Origin: a virus
Taxonomy: Duplodnaviria > Caudoviricetes
IMG/VR virus record: IMGVR_UViG_3300017700_000660
Coordinates: 1 to 47,857 of that record
Strand: one strand, 5' to 3'
Length of the DNA: 47,857 nucleotides
Position numbers and translations under genes: made by a program
Part shown: positions 42,651-47,857 of the stretch, one piece after another
Numbering within the stretch: position 1 is the stretch's first letter
Layout: every line of letters starts with the position of its first letter
The notes under the pieces: generated by a model
What the model was told of the DNA's origin: nothing
Databases searched by the model: none
Seen by the model: the letters and a program-made list of their open reading frames with translations, nothing else

Positions 42651-43614
42651 AGCTGTCTCCGGTGGTTGGTGAGGTGTCGGCCAGGCCCTGCAGCGTGCTC
42701 ACGCGGCGGTCGGTCGTTGTGGTTTTGCCGGCTGGGCGCTCGCCCTTCAGGCGCTGGCATTCGGATTTGAGGAAGCTGGCTGCGTCGGCGGGTTGCTTCA
42801 CCACGGTGTTGCGCACGGCTTCGATGACGATCTCGTCGCCGTAGTCCTTGCAGAGCTTTCCAACGAAGCTGCCGCATTGCGCCTCCGGCATCTTTTGGTC
42901 TCGCAGGAGGGACTTCCCGGCCTTCCACAGTTCGGCCTTGGTCAGTTCGGACGCCGTCTTCGCTGGGTCGGTTGTGGCAGGCGCTTCAGCGCCCGTACCG
43001 TCAGGTACGGAAATAAGTTCTCCCTGTCCCTGTCCCTCTCCCTGTCTCTTGGATAGTGTTTGAGGGGTGACAACAGGGGGACATGCAGGGGTTGTCGCTG
43101 GGGACACCGGCGGTATGTCGCCAGGGACATACAGTGGTTGTCCCACGAGACAACCGGCGGCTCGCCACTCATCGAAATCTGGATACGGGATGGTGGTGTG
43201 GTGCCGTTCGTTGTGCTTTTTGATGCGGCCGCACTCAGTTTTCCAGCGCTGCTTCAGCTTGGACACCCATGCGTCATTGGCCTTTTCAGCAACTACCGGG
43301 TGGTACAGCCTTCCATCACTGCAGGTGATGTACCCGCGCATAGCGCCTTCGCGCACGTCGGCCCACTCCTTTGCGATCTTGCCGCGTGCAACATACCCAG
43401 CGGCCTTGGCTTGCCACTGGTTGTTGTCAGGAATTGAGCCGGCTGGAATTTCATGCCAGGAGGCACACCACAGCATCAACGCTGCCCAGCAAGCCTCTGG
43501 CGTCTCATCAGATGCCAGTTCTGAACCGCGCAGCCTGGCCACGTCCAGCGGCATGAACTTGAAGTCCTGCAGGTTGCAGTCTGCCGGGGTCATTGGCAGT
43601 GGGACGTTGCTCAA
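42604..43614 (-). CDS. Replication initiator, DUF1376/YdaU-like
   Basis: FMPLDVARL, LWCASWH..PAGSIPD and DGRLYHPVVAEKA motifs; GEGQGQG linker. Confidence 0.75.
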   Translation of the reverse strand: MSNVPLPMTPADCNLQDFKFMPLDVARLRGSELASDETPEACWAALMLWCASWHEIPAGSIPDNNQWQAKAAGYVARGKIAKEWADVREGAMRGYITCSDGRLYHPVVAEKANDAWVSKLKQRWKTECGRIKKHNERHHTTIPYPDFDEWRAAGCLVGQPLYVPGDIPPVSPATTPACPPVVTPQTLSKRQGEGQGQGELISVPDGTGAEAPATTDPAKTASELTKAELWKAGKSLLRDQKMPEAQCGSFVGKLCKDYGDEIVIEAVRNTVVKQPADAASFLKSECQRLKGERPAGKTTTTDRRVSTLQGLADTSPTTGDSYAGNSTIDVDARVVG

Positions 43615-44111
43615 AGCCCGCTCCCCTCAAAGTTCACGCCAGCTGCCAGATCAGGCTTCACTACCGGCTCAATGACAAGCCCAAAATCTTCGACCTTCTT
43701 TTCCCACGGGTCTGGAAGGTGATAGAAACTGGGCTCCCTCCCATTCACAATGGTGACAAACTCGCCCCGCACCAGCAACGATTCACCATACAGTTCGTTG
43801 TCAGGAACTGCGCAAAACGAAAGCCTCTCGCGGTGGTGAAACATCCAGCCCACCGCGTGGTGCAAACCGTGGTGGAAGAACTCCCGGTTGTCGCTGATTC
43901 GAAACTGCGCGAGCCAGGCGTGCAAAGCTCGCTCGACGCTTTGAAAATCCCGGACTTCCATGTAGCAAAGTACTTGAAACGGATCTGGCACACCGGTGCC
44001 TTTTGAAAGCTCAGCAGCCCGTTCGTGTGGTGAGCGTTCGGTACAGCCGACCTTGTACACGTCGGGCATGTACTCATTGACCAGGATGTAAACGAAACCA
44101 ATCTGGCTCAT
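43611..44111 (-). CDS. T5orf172/GIY-YIG-family protein
   Basis: GFVYIL, YKVGCT, RAAELS..TGVP and NREFF motifs. Confidence 0.85.
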   Translation of the reverse strand: MSQIGFVYILVNEYMPDVYKVGCTERSPHERAAELSKGTGVPDPFQVLCYMEVRDFQSVERALHAWLAQFRISDNREFFHHGLHHAVGWMFHHRERLSFCAVPDNELYGESLLVRGEFVTIVNGREPSFYHLPDPWEKKVEDFGLVIEPVVKPDLAAGVNFEGSGL

Positions 44112-44431
44112 GACTCAATGCCTCCGGCGCGGTCGCCCTGCTCTTCGCGCTCACGTTCAATCTGTGCCAGTCGGTCCAGGTCACGGCGTGCCGCGGCCCC
44201 CTGCTGGGCGAAATAGTCGATACCTTCGTCCAGGCGGCGCTCTTCCTCGGCCACCAGAAGGGCCAGCTGCTCGGGCGACCTGGCAGCGATAGCCTGGCGC
44301 TGCGCCTGAAGCCAGCCCATAGCGGCCTCCCTGTTTCCGGACTTCATGCACTGCTCCATCTGCTTGGCACAGTCCTTGATGAAAAGTTCGCGCTCGGCGT
44401 CTGTCATTACGGGGGGCTGGGAGGGGGTCAC
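44108..44431 (-). CDS. Hypothetical protein
   Basis: GTG start overlapping the upstream stop. Confidence 0.55.
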   Translation of the reverse strand: MTPSQPPVMTDAERELFIKDCAKQMEQCMKSGNREAAMGWLQAQRQAIAARSPEQLALLVAEEERRLDEGIDYFAQQGAAARRDLDRLAQIEREREEQGDRAGGIES

Positions 44432-45198
44432 GGTGCCAGCCTCCGAACCGCGAATTGCGTCATCGGCGAAGCGCTGTCCTGATAGTCGATGGCGTGCACC
44501 ACCTCGCCGGGCAGCGCCTTGGTCAGCCACTGTGTGTGGCCGCCGGCATGCTCAACAGCGTCCGAGGCTTGCCGGTTCCAGCGCGCGCGCATAGCCGTGA
44601 TCACCAGCAGGCGCGTCACCGAGGTGCGGTAGAACTGCGAGATCAGCGCCAGACGCTGCACGCTCATGGGGCCGGTGTAGTCGAGCCAGGCCACGTCGTA
44701 TTGCTGCGGCGGTGCGCGCATGAGGTCGTCGACGTTGCCAAAGTAGAAGTGATCAATCCACAGGCAGCTGACGGCGCGCTCCGCGAACGGCGTGGATGGC
44801 AGGACCCGGAAGATGTTCTTCGGGTTGCGCATGCCGGGCGCACGCACCAGGGCGGCGTGGTAGATGCTGCGGTCGTTTTCTATGCAAGTGAACTGGGTGC
44901 GCGCCGGGCCGTCGGTGGTCTTCAGGTCGTCGACCTCGCGGCGCTTGAGCAACGCGCCCTCAAACTTCCATTTCAGGCCGGGCAGCGTCAGCAAGGAAAT
45001 CTGGCCCGGCATATTCTCGGCGCTGCACAGGTCCAGCAGGACCTCGCGCGCGGCGCGCTTTTCTTCACCAGCGGGGTTGCGGGCGAACAGGATGCCGCCG
45101 CTGGGCGTGGCGTGGATCTGCTGGATGGCCAACTCTTCCTGGCCGCAGCGGCTCAGCGGGCGGTATGCGGCGACTTGGCCGATGCTCAGGGAGGTCAT
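44428..45198 (-). CDS. Class I SAM-dependent methyltransferase-like protein
   Basis: Rossmann pattern LLTLPG, FTCIEND, GNVDD, YDVAWLDYTGP, LLVIT. Confidence 0.55.
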   Translation of the reverse strand: MTSLSIGQVAAYRPLSRCGQEELAIQQIHATPSGGILFARNPAGEEKRAAREVLLDLCSAENMPGQISLLTLPGLKWKFEGALLKRREVDDLKTTDGPARTQFTCIENDRSIYHAALVRAPGMRNPKNIFRVLPSTPFAERAVSCLWIDHFYFGNVDDLMRAPPQQYDVAWLDYTGPMSVQRLALISQFYRTSVTRLLVITAMRARWNRQASDAVEHAGGHTQWLTKALPGEVVHAIDYQDSASPMTQFAVRRLAP

Positions 45199-45413
45199 GG
45201 CCGACCGCCCTTCGTTGTGTTGATCGAAGCGGTTGGAGCCCTGCTGGTGCTGCCGACCTTCGAGGCCTCGGCCTTACGCAACGGGTGCAGCTGCTTCGCG
45301 GTGAAGATCAGGGAAGGCGCTGGAGCCTTGCGAGGGGTCTGGGTGCGGCCCAGGGACTGGCCTATCTCGCTCGGGATTCCCTTGAAGTCCCAGGGGGAGG
45401 GGTGGAGCTTCAT
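45195..45413 (-). CDS. Hypothetical protein
   Basis: ATGA-coupled on both sides. Confidence 0.45.
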   Translation of the reverse strand: MKLHPSPWDFKGIPSEIGQSLGRTQTPRKAPAPSLIFTAKQLHPLRKAEASKVGSTSRAPTASINTTKGGRP

Positions 45414-45712
45414 GCAGCGCCGCCGGTTTGCCCCGACATTTCCCCGACATTACCTATGACGCGGGAAAGATGTTGCTGGGCTACAGTTTGAACATGCTCC
45501 TTCCCATAAATACGAACCCGCAGCGCAGTTCGGCAGATCTCGGCTATAGAGCAGCCGCTCTCGTTCGCGGCTCTCTGTGCAAGCAGTGCCGTTTCAGCGT
45601 CAATTCTGAACTCGGGCATGATTCCATCGAGCTTGCCGAAGGCGTCGGCAGAGGCCCCTCTGGAGTACATGATCGACCCAGAATCCTTATCACTGTCTTT
45701 TTTGGAGCTCAT
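45410..45712 (-). CDS. CII-position DNA-binding protein (ribbon-helix-helix-like)
   Basis: AFGKLD...RIDAET...AANESGCSIAEICR motif; position after cro. Confidence 0.55.
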   Translation of the reverse strand: MSSKKDSDKDSGSIMYSRGASADAFGKLDGIMPEFRIDAETALLAQRAANESGCSIAEICRTALRVRIYGKEHVQTVAQQHLSRVIGNVGEMSGQTGGAA

Positions 45713-45808
45713 GGTTTTGTCGTCTCGGTTTTGTTGTGGGAAAGAAAGCCGGCAGCGCCGGCGGAAGACTCGGGATGGGTGCGCGCGTTCGATGCGCTGC
45801 CACCCGCT

Positions 45809-45988
45809 TTACGCTCGCTCGGGCTCCGCGAACCGGCTGGCGAAGTAGTCGTCCTGGAAGTCCTGGTGTTCTGGCGTGCCAGTCGGGTGCGGGTTTGCTT
45901 CGTGAAGCGGTTCACCGTTGACTGCCGCGGCCTGGGCCTGCTCCCGGCGCTGTTCGCGGGACATGCTGGTGAGGTGCTGGATGGACAT
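45809..45988 (-). CDS. Small hypothetical protein (59 aa; not in the ORF track)
   Basis: MSIQHLTSMSREQRREQAQAAA...ANPHPTGTPEH...; GGAGG RBS. Confidence 0.6.
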   Translation of the reverse strand: MSIQHLTSMSREQRREQAQAAAVNGEPLHEANPHPTGTPEHQDFQDDYFASRFAEPERA

Positions 45989-45991
45989 GGT

Positions 45992-46246
45992 TCAGGCCTC
46001 CGCAAGACGTTTGGCGGGGCTGGCGGCGCAGTACTCGCACCACGCGGCATGCACCGGGATAGGCACGATGTAGGCCTGCGGGTAGGTGCTGCCGGGGGCA
46101 ATGGGCACCATCTGGATCAGCCCGCGCTCAAGCAAAGGGTTGACGATTCGCAGCTGTGGGCGGTTGCGCGATTCGCTCTTTTCCCAGCCTTGTCGGGTGA
46201 GGATTCGAGCCTGCGACGCATTGAGGCCAGCGAAGTTGTATTCCAT
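45992..46246 (-). CDS. Hypothetical protein
   Basis: AGGA RBS; directly after cro. Confidence 0.55.
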   Translation of the reverse strand: MEYNFAGLNASQARILTRQGWEKSESRNRPQLRIVNPLLERGLIQMVPIAPGSTYPQAYIVPIPVHAAWCEYCAASPAKRLAEA

Positions 46247-46249
46247 GGC

Positions 46250-46468
46250 TCAGGCGTCCTGCTCTGCTGCTGGCTTCTTGGCCGACTTGATGTGGTCATA
46301 AAAGAGCCGCACCGTCTCGATGCCCGGGTTGCCCGTGATGCCGCCCCGAATCTTCCAGAGGGTCGTGAAAGGAACCCCAGAAAGGCGGCTCAATTCCTGT
46401 ACTTCCGCGTGGCCCAGGGCCTCAAGGTCTGCCTGGACAACCGCAATCGGTGGAATATTGATGTTCAT
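46250..46468 (-). CDS. cro: Cro-like HTH repressor
   Basis: ELSRLSGVPFTTLWKIRGG..NPGIETV HTH; divergent from the CI-like gene. Confidence 0.8.
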   Translation of the reverse strand: MNINIPPIAVVQADLEALGHAEVQELSRLSGVPFTTLWKIRGGITGNPGIETVRLFYDHIKSAKKPAAEQDA

Positions 46469-46476
46469 GGGCGCTG

Positions 46477-46543
46477 AATCTACCGCATTCGGTATGTTCA
46501 GTCAACCGCATTCGGTAGAAGATTTCAACTACCGTATCCGGAT
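46477..46543. promoter_or_regulatory. OR region: three operators, pR and pRM
   Basis: TACCGCATTCGGTA 46481-46494, AACCGCATTCGGTA 46504-46517, TACCGTATCCGGAT 46530-46543; pR TTGACT-17-TAGATT on the minus strand (46505 to 46477). Confidence 0.85.
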
Positions 46544-47183
46544 GAACCCTAAAGACTCCAAAAAGGTTCTCTGGGACAACGTGTCGCGGCTCATGGTCGC
46601 GAGGTATGGAAAAGAGAATTTGACCCGCCTGTCGCAAGAGGCTGGAATCGGTCCTGCTACCTGCACACGCATTAAAAAGCAGACAACCAGCGTCGGGACT
46701 GATGTGCTCGAAGCGGTGGCCAAGGCATTGAAAGTCTCAGCGTGGCAGTTGCTCGTGGCCGGCCTGGACCCCGCAAAATTGCCAGTACTTTCCACTGACA
46801 CCAGGGCGCAGGAAACTGCAGAATATTTCACCGTCTCAGCCGCCGAAGCCGCGCAGGTATTAGCTCAAACCCTTTCAAGCATGACTGCCGCCAGCCGCGA
46901 ATCAGCAGCAACACTCTTGTCCAGCATGGCGAAGAACCCCGACGGCCAATGGGCTGAGTGGCTGGCCGATCTATTCGTGAAGGAATCCACATTCGCAACG
47001 TCTGTAAAAGCTGACAGGGGGGAAATACCCCGAGGCGCAACAGGCGTATCGCTGCCAACAATGGGAAAAAACCCATCCACCCTAGGGCAAGGCGCCGCCG
47101 CTTTGGAGCGGGGTCGCCTTTTTGGCAGCAGCGAAGGAATGCACGATGAAACTGACGACCCCCGCAAGCGGGGACATGGCTGA
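46542..47183 (+). CDS. cI: CI-like repressor (XRE HTH, no S24 domain seen)
   Basis: LWDNVSRLM...LSQEAGIGPATCTRIK..TSVGTDVLEAVAKALKVSAWQLL HTH; lies between OR and OL. Confidence 0.8.
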   Translation: MNPKDSKKVLWDNVSRLMVARYGKENLTRLSQEAGIGPATCTRIKKQTTSVGTDVLEAVAKALKVSAWQLLVAGLDPAKLPVLSTDTRAQETAEYFTVSAAEAAQVLAQTLSSMTAASRESAATLLSSMAKNPDGQWAEWLADLFVKESTFATSVKADRGEIPRGATGVSLPTMGKNPSTLGQGAAALERGRLFGSSEGMHDETDDPRKRGHG

Positions 47184-47520
47184 AGCGCTCGCAGAGTTAT
47201 CTCACCTATCACTATCAAACGGCGGCCCGGTTTCGGGCTTTATTGGAATTATCAAGTTCGGCCCCGGCGACCACCGCGGCTACGCCTTCGGGGACTATGT
47301 TGAAAAACCCGAAGAATTTCTACCGGAAATGCGCCGGCTAGAGCGCAAGATCCTCCGGCTCCAACTGGTGCGCCCACCGGCGGAAAGCCGATGCAACCAG
47401 TGCGCCCTGCACCACCTGATCCCTTTGCCAGGCATCGAAGGCACCGGCCCCATATGCCCTGAGCAGCAAAGAACCGGCACTGAGCTGGTAATCCCACCAG
47501 GGTGCCACTACCAGCACTGA
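47146..47520 (+). CDS. Hypothetical immunity-region protein
   Basis: GAAGG RBS, overlaps the cI end, C-terminal Cys cluster, followed by a terminator. Confidence 0.5.
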   Translation: MKLTTPASGDMAEALAELSHLSLSNGGPVSGFIGIIKFGPGDHRGYAFGDYVEKPEEFLPEMRRLERKILRLQLVRPPAESRCNQCALHHLIPLPGIEGTGPICPEQQRTGTELVIPPGCHYQH

Positions 47521-47540
47521 GCCCGCCTCGCGCAGTCACC

Positions 47541-47563
47541 AAACCCGCTTCGGCGGGTTTTTT
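47541..47563 (+). terminator. Intrinsic terminator of the immunity operon
   Basis: AAACCCGC-TTCG-GCGGGTTTTTT. Confidence 0.85.
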
Positions 47564-47594
47564 CATGCGGTAACAAATACCCATTTTCGTAATC

Positions 47595-47635
47595 TACCGA
47601 ATTCGGTTGACAACAGATACCGTATCCGGTAGAGT
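47595..47635 (+). promoter_or_regulatory. OL operators and pL promoter
   Basis: TACCGAATTCGGTT 47595-47608 and TACCGTATCCGGTA 47618-47631; TTGACA(47607)-17-TAGAGT(47630). Confidence 0.85.
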
Positions 47636-47857
47636 CTCTTCCATCGCTTCAAAAAGCAAACGAACCCGGCCAGCCCGCAATTGCTGGCCACTACCAACGG
47701 AAGGCCCGCGGTGGTTCTAGGCACTTAGTGCTGCAGCTCTTGGGGTGAGGAGTGAAGTGAAAGTGATTTATTGGTGATCGAAGCGGCAACGAAGTAATGA
47801 CTCAACGCGCAGCTGAAGTTTCGGCCTCATTAGCCGGGATGTGGAGCCGACAGGCCC

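Larger units (their letters stand above)
1..47857. mobile_element. Temperate podovirus-type phage genome segment (lambdoid immunity/Q control, N4-gp56-type capsid)
   Basis: Continuous phage gene order: integrase/att, virion, lysis, tail, head, terminase, Q, replication, cro/cI. No host housekeeping genes, tape measure or sheath seen. Confidence 0.95.

Noticed and set aside
47818-47833. Hammerhead-like core on the minus strand (CTAATGAGGCCGAAAC)
   Set aside because: CUGANGA is altered to CUAAUGA, stem II is essentially absent, and flanking stems are not evident.
1-47857. CRISPR array or stop-codon recoding
   Set aside because: No regularly spaced repeat-spacer array; genes read intact in the standard code and neither tRNA is a suppressor.

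Overview
This window is about 48 kb of a temperate, lambdoid-regulated podovirus, probably infecting a Betaproteobacterium (Comamonadaceae-like, inferred from sequence style and a repeat family). From left to right it contains the 3' part of a tyrosine integrase, an att site built from the 3' half of tRNA-Lys(CTT) with arm-type repeats on both sides (so it looks like attP rather than a prophage end), two small + strand genes, and one long minus-strand block. Read in its direction of transcription, that block runs: cro and early genes (CII-like, SAM-Rossmann protein, T5orf172/GIY-YIG, O/P-like replication pair, HNH, RuvC-like, DUF4406, PAPS-reductase-like, nin-type genes, Q-like antiterminator); a pR'-like late promoter; tRNA-Trp and tRNA-Asn; terminases, portal, scaffold, N4-gp56-type major capsid and two paralogous decoration-like genes; podoviral tail tube proteins, tail fibre and an alpha/beta hydrolase; an expanded lysis cassette (two holin-like genes, GH19 endolysin, Rz/Rz1); internal virion proteins; and a 2821-aa polyvalent protein. 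The right end holds a CI-like repressor, OR/OL operators and pL. Main leads: (1) a dispersed ~50-bp motif (17-bp GCTAY-N7-RTAGC dyad plus a fixed-spacing tail) present 6-7 times, co-oriented, and tolerated in-frame inside genes; (2) the modular giant protein with ParB-like, GNAT, HExxH and ADP-ribosyltransferase-like modules; (3) an apparently chimeric, N-terminally deleted integrase beside attP; (4) a tail fibre beginning with a signal-peptide-like sequence; (5) candidate nucleotide/DNA-modification genes. All family names come from motif recognition by eye; no database searches were run.
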